From Lepidodermella squamata (Eukaryota; Animalia; Gastrotricha): DNA of 64,000 nucleotides. Positions within the stretch are counted from its first letter, which is position 1. The number at the start of each line of letters is the position of its first letter. Where the stretch lies: the NCBI GenBank assembly GCA_047495785.1, contig JBLDXI010000043.1:186001-250000 (forward strand). The letters run 5' to 3'. The translations under genes were made by a program, and so were the position numbers. This document shows positions 39,213 to 52,628 of the stretch, piece after piece. Below the pieces are notes generated by a model. That model ran no database searches and was not told the DNA's origin. It was given only the letters and a program-made list of their open reading frames with translations.

Positions 39213-42115
39213 ATGCATGGTTTCAAAATACTTATTTTACTGAGTTGGTGTGTTTTGCCAATTCTGGGTCAGAAAACCTACAACTTGTCGCTGCTGACGC
39301 TGATTTCATTCACGGGAAATCCACCAGCAACAGGCGCAGCTTGTAAAATCGCCTCCGATATAGCTGTCAACGCTGTGAACAATCAATCGGAGATTCTACC
39401 AGACTATCGCATCGTAATGCAATACGAAGATGAATCTGCTGGAATACTTGCAGCCAGGGCTGTTGTAAGCTACACTCAAAGTTACGAAAAGCAGCAAAAA
39501 CCTGACGCATTTCAATCACCTATTATTGCCGGGCCAAATTTTTCGAACGGATGCAAAGGGGTTGGTCCAATGTTGCATGAGCTAAATTCCGTGGGCCTAA
39601 CAAGCCGCTGCACGGCTTCTTTTCTAACCGATCGAAACATCTATAAGAATTTGTATTTGATGCGATCGACAGCCGGCATATGCCTTTTCGCTCAATTGAG
39701 GTTCATCAAAGATGTTGGAAAATGGCAACGGATTGGGATTATCACAAATGTCGGAAATGTTGCTGAATACACGTCAGCTGCGATGCTACAACGCCTCGCC
39801 CTAGAGCAGGGCAATGTTTCCGTGCCCCATTTCGACATCGTAGCTGAGATGGATGACGAGTACTTTGTGGCGATGAAGAAGAGTGATGTCAGGGTTTTTG
39901 TAGTGAATACAGGAACAGGCAGGCTGGTTTGGAGGTTTTTCTGCCAAGCTCATAAGTTTGGGATTACCGGGCCGAGATACGCGTTTATTCTTCTCGGAGT
40001 AGTATTCAGCGACCCTACAACTCTGCCCGACCCTGTGGTGCCCCAATGCCGTCGAGCTGTTGTAGCTGAGCAAATGAAGGTAAACTAATATTTACTTTTT
40101 TGTCCGGCGGATAAATAAAATGTAACATCGACCCCGGGATAGACGGGAAAATGCTAATAATTTATAATTAGACTCGTTTATAGAATTTAGAGGCCTACCA
40201 TAACCGGGATTTCGAAAACTGATTTCCGCGATGTATACGTTTCACGAAAAATGCGATTTATATATATGCAGTGCTCCCTCGATAAGGGTCGGGGTCCAGG
40301 TCCGTGAAATTATGGAGGGCAAGGACCATCGAGGTATTAAAGTTTTGTTTGCTCAAAAGAGATGCCGCGAGCAAGCTCTGAGTCTGGAAAAATTGCACGT
40401 TGAGGGTACGTTGATAGCGGGGTTGCAGTTATCGGGGGAGCAATTGGATTGCAGTTATCGTCAATTTTCTATCATCATCTTGCGCGAAGAGCGTGGAAAT
40501 CCTAACCCTCATCCTTAAAGTGTAAAAACACGTATACTCCCACGTTTCCTTCTTGTTCTATTCAAGGATACGGTTTCCAGGTTACTTCCTGTTGTCATTG
40601 CGTTCTATACTTTGAAAGTTTTTGTAGCATGCTTTTTGGACAGCTCCGAGCCTATCCACAATGGAGCCAACAACAACAATCGCATTAGGATACAATTTGC
40701 TTGAATTTGACGCCACTTTTGATCGATACACGAATTACGCGAAACCTGTCGACTATGAAAACCGAGTGTCCTGTCACGACAACATCCTTCAAGCGGTACT
40801 GACACTCCACGAGTCAGAGAAAGCTCTGAAAGCTCAGAATCTATCGCTACGCAATATGCGAGATCAACCTGAACGCGTCTTGCGGGTCGTGAACGAAACA
40901 GCCCTCTCCATTGATTATTTAGGATTGAGAATGGGTAGGTTGAAATACAATAGCCGGGGAGAGATAGATGGGGACATTTTGACGGTGAGCCAGTGGACAC
41001 CCAATTCGGGGTATCAGATCTTGTACACAGTTCATCAGTACCCTAATACATCAGCGTACGCCCTTTCGAGCTACTGGATGAAGAAATATCGCGATCCTTC
41101 TTGGCAAACACAGAATTGTGAACCACCCAAAGACAGAGCTAATCTGAAACAGGAGATCGAAGAGATACCCAGAGAAATGATCTACATTACTGGTCCTATT
41201 GCTGCTATAGTTAGTCTCGCTCAGATTGGGGGAATCTTCAAGATTACTCGTAGCTCGAAGTTAGATCAGGGCCTTTGCAAAGTGAAGCTGCTTGGAATGA
41301 TAGGAGCTCTAGTAATGAATGCTGCTTCGATCGCTTTCTCGGTGCAAACTTCAATATCGCCTTTATTTCTTTGGAAACTGAGGCTAGCGCTGATAGTCCT
41401 GAGCTTTGGTCTGGTGAACGGAACACTAAACTTACGACCGGTCCTCATATTGCTAAAATCTGACAAGAAAGCGAGACTTTCCTCGAAAGCAAATACAGAG
41501 ATGAGTCGAATTTCGGCTGGCAGTGTTGTTTCCCGAAGAGGAACGGCAATACGAATGACGACCGTCAAAACGAAATTCAACGAAAATAGGGGATCTCGCC
41601 CAGCTTCCATAATTGCGCTTCCAAATGTGAAGCCAATTGATTTGAAAGCAACGCATAAATTGAGCTTCAAATGCGTGCTGATTTTTACGCTAGTTAACGC
41701 TGCTCTCGTTGGATGCTGGTTACTCGCAGATCCCTTGAGATGCGTCGTCGCGACCACAGAGGCACAGTACGTCGATGGGGATGATCTTGTAATTGATACT
41801 TCCTACTGGATTTGCGAATCTGAAGAAAATCACTCTAAATGGCTTGCATCGCTTCTGGCTCTTAATGCTGGCATGCTGATGATTGGTTGCATTTCGACTT
41901 TGAGGTTGAAATTCAATGGCAGGTCTACCGTGCCAGAGATGAAGCCCATGTCTCTAGGTTTGGCAAACTTTGCGTTGATTTACGTCGGTGGCATTCTCAT
42001 TGTTGCTGCTGTCGACGACATTGTGGCTCAGGCGATAACCATAGCTTTTGCTCTCTTGATCAATTCCTCAACAACATCTGCAACTTGGCTCTACCCACTT
42101 GTATCGCATCATTAA
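39213..42115 (+). CDS. GABA-B-like class C GPCR B (exons 39213-40079, 40628-42115; ~784 aa)
   Basis: Signal peptide, VFT (ILPDYRI, GPNFSNGC, LTDRNIYKNL, WQRIGII, FCQAHKFGITGPRY, PPKD), 7 TM with WLLADPL and ECL2 Cys; intron QMK|GT..AG. Confidence 0.9.
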
Positions 42116-42740
42116 CAAAACAAATCGTGATATCGTGCATATCCTGTGGTTGTCGCATATATATTGCCACACGGAGCAAGGCGCTGTGAACATAGCTGTG
42201 TGATGTTTGTTAGCTATACCGACAATATAGGCTTATCACCAGCAGTGCATCTTTGTCGTATGGATGTTCATAAGTAGGTAGTATGGTTCTTAATTCCACT
42301 TTTTACACTGAAATGGAGGGAATTAATAATTAGAAAATGCTTGGGGAACTGATGTATTTTATCACTATGGTTTCATGTTTGGATACTAGAAGCAAACGAA
42401 AAGCAGATGACATCTCTGTTTTATCAACGTTATTCTTTATTCTCAAAATTTCCAATCTTCGTTTTCATCTTCGCCGTAGACAAGAAAACGCCTCATCATT
42501 CAAGACGGTTAAGCGATATGAAACTCAGCCAGATCGATTTTCAGGTCTTTATACGGCTGTTAATTGTACGAGAGAGCGAGCCAAAGTTACGTGGGTATTT
42601 GTCCGGTGATTGATTAGCAATATTGTTAACATAAATTAAACTACAAATATCCGCTACGTCGAATAGGGTCTCCTCTGTCACATTCATTTAATTAGTTATG
42701 CTTTTCGGCTCGAAAATTGGAAATTTGCAAAAATAAAGAG

Positions 42741-45186
42741 ATGCTATTGAGGAACGTTTCTTCCGTTCTGTTGTTACTTTTCGCGGTTACTCTCCAGCAA
42801 GTTTCAACAAAGAAACCTTTCCGAATGGTCATGCTGCATATGATGGCATTCACGGGTAATGCTCCCTCATCTAGTCAGGCCTGCAGAATAGCCACTCAAC
42901 TCACAGCAGACATTGTCAATTCCCGAATCGATATCTTGCCCGACTACCACATCGAAGTCCAATTTGAAGACGAAGCTGGAGGTCTGTTAGCGGCTAGGCA
43001 GGTTGTAGCTTTCAGTAGAAGCTTCGAAGACGATGCAAGGCCTGACACATTTCAGTCGCCAGTCATAGGCGGGCCACAATTTTCAACCGGGTGCAAGGCA
43101 ATGGGACCGACTTTGCATCATTTGCATTCCGTGGCGATTTCATCAACTTGCGCCGCTCCTTTTCTCACTGATCGGAACATTTATAGTAATCTGTATTTAA
43201 TAAGATCTACTGGTGGCGTCTTAACGTATGCCCAGATGCATTTAATCAAGGAAATCGGGAAATGGCAACGGATTGGTATCATCACCAGCGCTGGTAACAT
43301 TTTCGATTACTCATCGGCAGCGATTCTCCAACGCTTGGCACTAGACTACGCAAACGTCGCCGTTCCCTACTTCGACATCGTCTTGGAAATGGACGACGAA
43401 TATTTCTCTCAACTGAAGCAGAGTGATGTGAGGATTGTTGTTGTTTTCACTTCAACGGCCCGACTTGTTTGGCGATTCCTATGCCAAGCTCACAGATTCG
43501 GAATGACGGGATCTAAGTACATATTCATCCTACTTGGGATCTCGTATAGCGACCCGATGGGATTGAACGATCCGGTGGTACCAGGCTGTTCTCGAGCCAT
43601 GGTGATTGAACAGATGAAGGTTAGAAGCATTGGAAATTATAAGGTGGTTTAAACTAATTTTCATCCTGTTTCAGTATTCCTATTGGACTGCTCCCATTCA
43701 ATATTCAGCTGAACCTACTGCGAGGTCTGAATTCGGCTACAACCTTATAGAATTCGATGCTATTTTTGATAACTATACCAACAAAACCCCTCCATATGAC
43801 TACGCTCAACGGGTCTTGTGCCATGACACAATGATGCAGGGCCTCTTAACCCTCGATATTGCGGAGAAGCGGTTGAAAGCTCTCAACATGTCACTACGAA
43901 ATTTGAGGGACCATCCTAAGCTAGTCGGTCGTATTGTGAATGAAACAGCGATATCTTTGGATTACTTGGGTCTTAGGATGGGCCGAATGCGGTACAATAA
44001 TCGAGGAGAAGTTGATGCTGATGTTCAAATGATGGGCTATTGGACCCCGGAGAGAAGGCTGGAATACATCTATACAGTTCATCAATTTCTTAACTCTTCG
44101 GGCTATTCCTACGACAGCTATTGGATGCGCAAGATTCGAGAGCCTGTTTGGTTAACGATAAACCGTCAGCCACCCCGAGATCGCGTTGCAATGATGGAAT
44201 CAAGGGAAGAAATCCCCATCGAATTCGCCTATTTCGTGATTATCTCATGTGGAATTTTAGTAATAATCCAGTCTGCGCTTCAGCTGAAGGTAATGAAGAA
44301 AGATGGCTCAAGCCTGAAAACTTCAATGTTAAATATCATCTCGCTGTTCTTACTCAACGCTTCAGCAATTGCTTTCGCACTTCAAACTCAATTTTCACCC
44401 GGGCTTCTGTGGAAATTCAGGATTATACTCCTCACACTTGGTTTCTCTCTAATCAGTGGATGTTTCAATATTAATGCGTTGATGTTATCAATACATCTAC
44501 GCCAAAATCGCCCGAGAACGAGTCGAATTAGCCAGATTAGGAGCTCCAATGCTGGCACTGAGCTTCAGCTTAGAAAATTGGCTCAATTATCAAAGCAGGG
44601 TCGGGCTTCGCTAGTAACAGGAAGCGATGCGCAGGATAGATTAGCTGTAGTAGTACCACCTTGCAGGAATTCTGATGCGCGAGGTGAGCCAACGCAACTT
44701 GAGCGCATCGATCATCTTAGCTCCCTGTGGGTCATTATTTTCTGTTTGATTAACGGATCGATAGTTGGTTTTTGGCTTCTTGGAGATCCTTTAATTTGCT
44801 ACGAAGATAAGCAGCAGCCTAGCTTGAACCAGCATGAAGACATGATCATTTCGACCTCATTCTGGACATGCCGCTCTTCAGTGAACCATTATGCCTGGAT
44901 TGCGTGTTTGATTGCCCTGAATCTGCTGGTGATAGCTATTGGGGTGTTTTCAACTTTGAAACTGAGGTTCAAGAGTGTTAGTAAGGCCATGCCTCACTTT
45001 GGTATACAGACGCTATGCTTAATCAATATAGCGAGCATTTTTGTGGGATCAATCCTCATAGTAGTTGTGCTGAGAAATTTGATTGCACAAGAAATTACGA
45101 TATCGCTCGCGGCGCTGATCCTATCCGCATCAATGGCTGGAATGATGGTATTCAAGATGCTCCAAAGTGTCAATCCGTCATTTTGA
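42741..45186 (+). CDS. GABA-B-like class C GPCR C (exons 42741-43619, 43675-45186; ~796 aa)
   Basis: Paralog of B and E; same phase-0 intron; both exons open. Confidence 0.9.
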
Positions 45187-45569
45187 GTACGTGATACGCA
45201 CAGCAGGCATAATCATTAATTTTATGTTAACAATTCTCGACAATTGTGTTTTGATCAGCCGTTGTAGGGCCTACAATTTTTACCGTTGCATTTGATCTGT
45301 TATCGTCAAGTGGATTAGTTTAGAGAGTAGGCATTGATCAAAATTTTAATCAATTTGAAAATGTAGGTTAGATTAGCCTCAAACCCCGCTATTGTAACTA
45401 ATTCGATGTAAATGGCAGATCTCAATGGGGCTCAATACAAATCGCACGTTGTTTTTACTTCATACCAACATAATATATACTGTTCAGTTCTCATCTCATC
45501 ATGCACTTGTAAATTTATTTCAACTCATGGAAATATGGCAATATTCCAGGCATAAATAAAGCTCTTAGC

Positions 45570-46015
45570 ATTTCATGACCTTCTCGCCAAGGCATTGTCG
45601 GTCGGGCAGTTGGACCGAGCGATCAGTCTGAAGCCGTTTCCTGGTTCATTGGAAGTGGCTCTGAAGCGCAAAATCGCAACAATGCTGTTCGTTTCGTAGA
45701 CCTTGCTGGAAGTAACACCGTATGCGCAAAATCGGGGGTAGGCTAACAGCTAACGGCATCTTTGAACTTACGTAATCAGTGAAAAAATCGACGTAAAAAT
45801 CTGTAAATTCGTGATTTAAAAATTGGTATTATTTTCACATGCCAACAAACCTCAAGCAATTGTGTATTTCCGATGAACTTCGCACCTGGCCGGAAGTCTT
45901 GTTATCAAATGGCTGTAGCTGATTGCAGATTGCAGGTTGGCCTCCAAAATTAGGATGTTTGCAACGATCGGTGATCCTAGCCTCAACATTTGCAGCTCTG
46001 AGCAGAACCGCTATC
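45570..46015 (-). pseudogene. Decayed EGF-CUB relic of the astacin-like family
   Basis: Minus strand AYPRFCAYGVTSSKVYETNSIVAILRFRATSNEPGNGFRLIARSNCPTDN; degraded EGF-like segment at 45940-46015. Confidence 0.7.
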
Positions 46016-48239
46016 TAAAAAATGAAAACTAGAAATGATCTTATTTTCAGGCTCTAATTCTGAGGAATCAAATCACAGTGTAGCTTAACAGATCGTAAAT
46101 TTCCATGGCCTTAGCCTATTCTCTACACAATCAACAACATCACGGAGTATACAGACTCGACAGGCGATCGCGATGCCATCAAGTCGTTATATCAAGGGTG
46201 GATCCGATATTTGATTAACTGGGCATTTAGTCGCAAGTGCCACTGACTTTGACCGCGTCAATTAAGCCATGGCCGAAATTGAAGAAAGGTCATTTACAAT
46301 TCGAAGAAAGATCATCAGCCGACATCAAACAACTAAACTCCATATCTTTCACTCTAAACACTGTCTACATCGATCGAATAATTGGACACAGTTCTCAGAG
46401 TGTCGTTCGAGCTCAAGCGACCTGACTGCGATCCATTATATGTGCAATTTAACACCCAGAAAACCTGTGCGGTCTTGTCTACCTCGAGAAAAGGTGTAAC
46501 AACATGCAACATGATTCAAAACAACAGATTAATTATCAGTCCGACACAAACGCATTAAAGCGTCAATTGGCTCGGTTTTCTACACCACGGCCCACGGGAG
46601 TCCTCATGCTACTGCGATGCTTGAATGGTATATTCGCCCGTGCTACTTTCCAACCATTCGCATACCTGCCCACCTGTCACTCCTTGAAGCTGAACAAACT
46701 CCAAAAATGCTTCGCAAATCAGCAAAAATCAGTTACGAGCACAATGCCCATCTGCCACATCGGGAAACGCATCTGGAATAACACATCGGCGGAACAGGCA
46801 CGGTTTTAGGCTTTCGCGTTGTGCCCTGGGATGAAAGCGACTGAGTTGAGCAATCAATGCCGCATTACACAAGTGCTACGAAGAAGTACAACTGAGCATA
46901 ACTGCACACGTTATTACATGTAGGGTGTGATCGTGGGTCCTTTGCATTTCTAGAATAACTTGGATTGATCCAAACAAAAAACGAGCGAAGCAGAACATTT
47001 GTGAGAAATTACACCGAACCTCCTCAAATTCACAAATCAACTCCTGATAATCGCACACTGACTTCTTGCTCACGCTGGGACAACGACACGAATTCCATGA
47101 GATTTCCGAGATTTCCTCTTCCGAGAGGCAATGCGGTCGAGGATGGATGAGCTCAGGGGTTGAGTTCCGATTACTCAGTGTAAGATTTCAGCAGATATGT
47201 CAAAGAATTACAAATTAAATGATAATCATCTCAATTAAATTACGAATCAGACAATCAGACAATCACAATTATGCGCATGAATTGAGTTACGATTTCTCAA
47301 GTCGTGAATAATTAGCAATTTCAAGACAATCAGTCCTACCTTAACAGCTTGTAAACAGCTTGGGGCAAACTATTTTATCCGCGGTTTCTGCAAAAAGCAG
47401 CTGATTGACCAGCTCTTGAACCTCTGTCGCCACAGAATGAATGGATGGTTAAGAAATGCTTGGAATCAATGGGCGATCATCTATAGATAGAAATACAGCA
47501 TGTTTTCTATGTTCGAAAAAAATTGGTATCTATGATCTGCATCGAACGATAATTTCGCAAGTTAATTAGGTGCTTGAGATGTTGGGAAATAACTTAGGTA
47601 TTAGATTATGAATAAAGATTCTAATTCTTAGAAAAATTTGAAAAAGCAATATTGACAGCGCTCGAGTCAACGAAATCGATAACTCTGATTTTACAACAGA
47701 TAAATGAACGGTTTTGCTCATGAGTTCTATTCATAGTTACACAACTTTCAAAAACAAATAATAAAGTGCCACTTAGTGATTTATTTGTCACGCCAAGAAC
47801 GAGATTTATCAATTGTGAAAGTTCACTGTGCGTGATAATAAATCTCACGGCGTATCAGGAGATCGCGTGGCGCGAACAGCAGACGGAAACAATCACCAGA
47901 AAACAAGCGATAGTCAATTAAATGTTGATAAACATCACGTGACTGCTTCTAAACTTGGGACAACGGACAAGGGTTCACACGGAAAGAGAGTTTAATCGAA
48001 CACGGATGTGGTGCATGTTTATGAAAAACAAAATTTGTCAATCAGGGAATCACTGAAAAGCAGTCCTAACTGGACTATTAGGATAATCTTGGTGGTAGCA
48101 ATGTTGAATTCGACTCAATTCTAGAGCTGTTTTATTTTCGGTGAAAATTTTTTCACATTTCCAACTGAATTCCTCGAACGGAAAGTAGCTGTTGTAGCGG
48201 CTGACTTGCTCAAAAATAAAAACGCGTATTCAAAACTGG

Positions 48240-49172
48240 ATGGGACCACTAAAATATAGTGTTTACCTCTTTATCTCCTTCAGATCACTGGCCATCGCAC
48301 CGAAAGCCCTTGCCAGGCGTTTAGCATTTTCTTGCTGTCTACAAACATCGCTAAGAATTATCGCTTGCAACGCGTGTGGAAAATATTACCGCAACAGAGC
48401 ATTTGTCTTCAAAAAAGGGCCATTGCTGATGAAGGTTAATTCAGTTGCCAGGTTGCACTGTTGACGGCAGCCAACATAGCGACCACTCGTCGCTAATTTA
48501 GAAAATTTAGAATTCAGGATTCTCTCCATATCCAGATTAATCAAATAAAGCAAAAATTTTATATGAATTTCGACATTTTAAAAATGATTTGGACCACCTA
48601 TCGGGTTGTAGCGTTCAGACCACATGTTTCCGTTTGATTGGGCACGACATTTACAAAACAAAAAGGGCCAGTGGATCGCTAGTCCGGAAAGTGGATCGCT
48701 AGTTTCGCTAACCAAGCCCCGAAAGAATGCGAAGTGCTTGTACATGTTGGTGATGAAATCCAGAGGGATCGGTCAAGCTGCACAGTGTTGTAGACGTTGT
48801 GTCTTCGTAGTCATAGCCATTCGATGCCAGCTTTTAGTTGCAACCGCGATAACTCTATTAGGAAATTTCTCAGAAAATTGGAACTGCTTGAATACAGATT
48901 TGAAGGATTTTGGGTCCGTGTTTTCATTTAGTACCTGTGAAGTTGTCACGCGCAGCTGCTCTTCGCCGGATAAGCCCGGGTAAGCCCGGCGAAAGAGAAG
49001 TACAGGGTGGCACAACGATGACCCCGCCGCAAGTTTCGCGGCTGAAATGCGGCATAGCTTCGCATGTGACACCCCCAAACCCAGACGGACTTTTGCACTG
49101 CGAGCAGTTGTTTGGATCTTGATAGCCTCCAAACGTACATTTCGGCGTCGTTGTTCCGTTGCATTTGCCGCT
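48240..49172 (-). pseudogene. Decayed EGF-CUB-kringle relic of the astacin-like family
   Basis: KCNGTTTPKCTFGGYQDPNNCSQCKSPSGFGGVTCE..ETCGGVIVVPPCTS; kringle-like GPFCFV segment near 48645-48675; frameshifts. Confidence 0.75.
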
Positions 49173-49393
49173 AAAATCGTAATAACAAATAATCATTCGA
49201 GAAAGTGGATTTAGCACCGCCGGGTTAATTTAGACAAATACTAGAAAATTAATAACCTCCTAATTAGACCTGTATCTTGCAATCAACTCGATACATGCAA
49301 TTCATAGGCCCCAAAATATAATCATCGTTTCTTGAATTAGCTGTATTAAATACTCCCTATCTCTCTCTCTCTCTCAGATTTTCACCAATAAGC

Positions 49394-52069
49394 ATGTGTT
49401 TCTTAGTTCTTTTCCAATCGTTGGAACTACTTTCCGTCGGAATTGGATCTGGTTGTAGCCAGATTTCCACTAGAAAGCCGTATCGAATGACTATGCTTGA
49501 GTTGATAGCCTTCACGGGCAACCCGCCTTCCACAGGATACGCTTGTAAAGTTGCGTCCCAAATCGCTGTTGATCAGGCGAATTCACGGCTCAACTTCTTA
49601 CCGGACTACCACGTTGAAATTCAGTTTGAAGATGAAATCGCTGGTATTGCTGCCGCGAATAAAGCCATAGCATTCAGCCGAAGTTTCGAAAACAACGAAA
49701 GACCTGATGAATATCAAGCTCCTGTAATAGCGGGTCCTCTTTTCTCCACAGGCTGCAAGGCAATGGGCCATAACATTGCCTCATCTTCACTCGGCTGCTA
49801 TTTCTACTGCATGTGCCGATCCCTTTCTAACAGATCGGAGCATATATCGTTATCGACGCGCCAAAACAACCACTTTACTATTTATAGATTTTATGAGGAA
49901 AGTAAGTTCGAAATTAGGAAAAAATTGGTGGTCAAAAGGCCTAACGTAATTCACCATTACGTTAGGCGACTAAAAGTACGATCGAATGAGTCATCTAAGT
50001 GGTTGTTTTGGCGCGTCGTTAACGATATCCAAATCTTTATCTCATCAGGTCGACCGGGCGAGTTTTAACCTATGCTCAGATGCATTTCATCAAGGAGATT
50101 GGGAAGTGGCAACGGATTGGTATTATAACCTATGCTGGCAGTGTTTTCGACTACGCATCGGCTGCAATTTTGCAGCGTTTAGCCATCGATTACGCCAACG
50201 TTGAAGTTCCTTACTTTGACATAGTTCTAGAAATGGACGATGAGTACATTCAACTGCTAAAGCAGAGTGACGTTAGGATTATTGTGGTTTTCACGTCAGT
50301 CGCGCGGCTAGTATGGCGATTTCTTTGCCAGGCTCAAAAATTCGGCTTGACAGGGCCAAGGTTCGTGTTCATATACTTCTGGGGATCGCATACAGCGATC
50401 CTCTTGGGTTGAGCGATGTAGTAGTACCAGGGTGTCTCAAGCGCGTCATTATTGAGCAGATGAAGGTGAGTATTTTTGTTCAATTGATCTCAATTTCCTA
50501 ATTGACTTCATATTCCTCAGTTCTCTTTTTGGACTGCTCCACTACAGTACACAGCCGAGCCAACAGTTAAATCCGCACTTGGTTATAGTCTACAGGAATT
50601 CGACGTGGTATTCGATCGATATGCCAATGGATCGAGGCCATATGATTATGAAATGAGAATTCTGTGCCACGATACGGTTCTGCAAAGTCTCATAACCCTC
50701 GATAATGCCGAGAAAACGCTGAAAACTCTAAACTTGTCATTTCGGAACCTTAGAGACCAACCCAGGCTTGTAGGCTGCATTGTGAATGAATCAGCTGTTT
50801 CAGTTGATTACATGGGTCTTCGAATGGGGCGAATGCGGTATAACAGTCGTGGCGAGGTAGACGCTGATGTTCAAATGATTGGCTACACGACCCCGGAGAG
50901 AAGGCTAGAGTACATTTATACTGTCCATCAATTTCTCAACTCATCTGGGTATTCCTACGACAGCTATTGGATGCGGAAGATTCGAGATCTTGTATGGTTT
51001 ACAACTGATGGGAATCCTCCAAGCGATAGAATCAAGGTAACAGAGGTAGTCGATGAGATACCGAAGTCGATTTTTTACCTGATCATCGCTCTCACAATAC
51101 CATATGCTTGCTTTCAACTTTACGGGCTGGTGAAGCTTTTCTACGGCTGGCGAGGAGAACATGTCGAAAAAGCCTGCCAATTTCTAAGCTACTTGGAATA
51201 ATTGGAACCTTGAGTATGAACGCTGCTGCAGTTTCTTTTTCAGCACAAACCATTCAAGTTCCCCTTGAAATTTGGACAAGTCGTATTGTTCTTCTAGAAT
51301 CATCCCTTGCCCTAACTAATGTATCCATAACACTCCGCGTTGCACTTTTGTCCTTGAAATTCAGAGGGCTCCGTTTTGCAGATACTTGAAGAGCACGAAA
51401 TGCGATGACGCCTTTTAACGCCGGTACATCACGTATGGCTAGTGTCGGCGATGTCAAAGCGACTCGTTTGATAACAACTCACGACAACGTCAACACGCCT
51501 GCAACAGGAAGTCACGTAGAAAATGCGCTAGACGTCGAGATTAGTCGACCGTCTGTGTCAAACCGCCGCTCGACTAACAAATCTAATGAAAACGTGTCGC
51601 ATGTGTTGAAATCAATCGATGAGCTTGGACCTGTGTTTTTCTGCTCATTAACGGAGCTGTAGTTGGTTTCTGGTTGCTGCGCGATCCTCTGATTTGCTTC
51701 GCGGCGAAAAAACCTCCGATTTTCAATAGTGAAGAGGAAAATTTGCTTGAAATTCGATATTGGACGTGCGAATCTACGCGAAATCACGCTGAATGGATCT
51801 TCGCCTTGCTGGCTATACACATCGCCGCGCTAATTATAGGTTCATTCAGCGCACTTAGGCTTCGTTTTTTGAATGCGATTAGAATCGTCTCTGAATTCAA
51901 CCTGATGGCACTCGGTGTCATTAATTTAGCCACTATTTTTCTCGCAAGTCTTCTCATAGTAGTCGTGGTGCGAGATTTAATCGCTCAGGAAATCACGATT
52001 GCGTTCGCAGCTCTCATCTTGTCTGCCACGACTTCGGCGAGTCTATTGATGCCCTTGTACAAGCACTGA
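49394..52069 (+). pseudogene. GABA-B-like class C GPCR D, pseudogene
   Basis: Homologous to C and E throughout, but with frameshifts (~49770, ~50375, ~51175, ~51660), a stop at 51389 and a MITE in exon 1. Confidence 0.9.
49847..50025. mobile_element. 179-bp MITE with ~29-bp TIR and TA duplication in GPCR D exon 1
   Basis: TA|TCGTTATCGACGCGCCAAAACAACCACTT ... AAGTGGTTGTTTTGGCGCGTCGTTAACGA|TA; removal restores DRSIYPNLYLIRST. Confidence 0.9.
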
Positions 52070-52628
52070 ATCGGACTATGATATAGAAAAAAATCTTGAA
52101 ATTAAACGGGAATAATATGTTGTAATAATATGTTGTAATTAATAGAGTCAATTTGGCGAAAGCGATTCCAAGACGGGTCGGGTGGTAACGATTTGTGTTA
52201 AAATTAAAACTGGATAGAACTGAACTATGCGATAGAAAGAATCCTCATCGAACTAATTAATTAACTAATAAAATACCCATGATTCGAATAGTTTGTGTAT
52301 TAATTATGCAATTAGTTCGTGCTTTTGAATTTCGAAGTCATGATCGTTATAACCGCAAGTTAACGCCAGCGCACGTGTGACTTCGATAACACCTTGTTTT
52401 GAGGCTCTCATCGAAATGCCCCAGTTGTCTCTTGTGTCGTTTCTTCAAGTCACGACAGTCATTTCCGATGACGTGAAACAAATTTAACTGTATAAACTGT
52501 ACATCCGCTGAGTGCGATGATCGCGAATAGATTTCCACGCGATAGAAAGCTTCCGGCCTTCAATAAGCCTATATATAATGAATCTTTCATATGTCCTGCA
52601 TTTCAAATTTTTTAATAGAAAATAGAAA

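Noticed and set aside
41266-41757. Antisense ORFs over GPCR exons (also 59231-59716, 40605-41000) and over the LINE (3772-4341)
   Set aside because: Shadow frames of real coding sequence with no independent motifs
46100-47150. Possible decayed gene (short ORFs 46237-47150)
   Set aside because: No recognisable motif or consistent frame could be reconstructed
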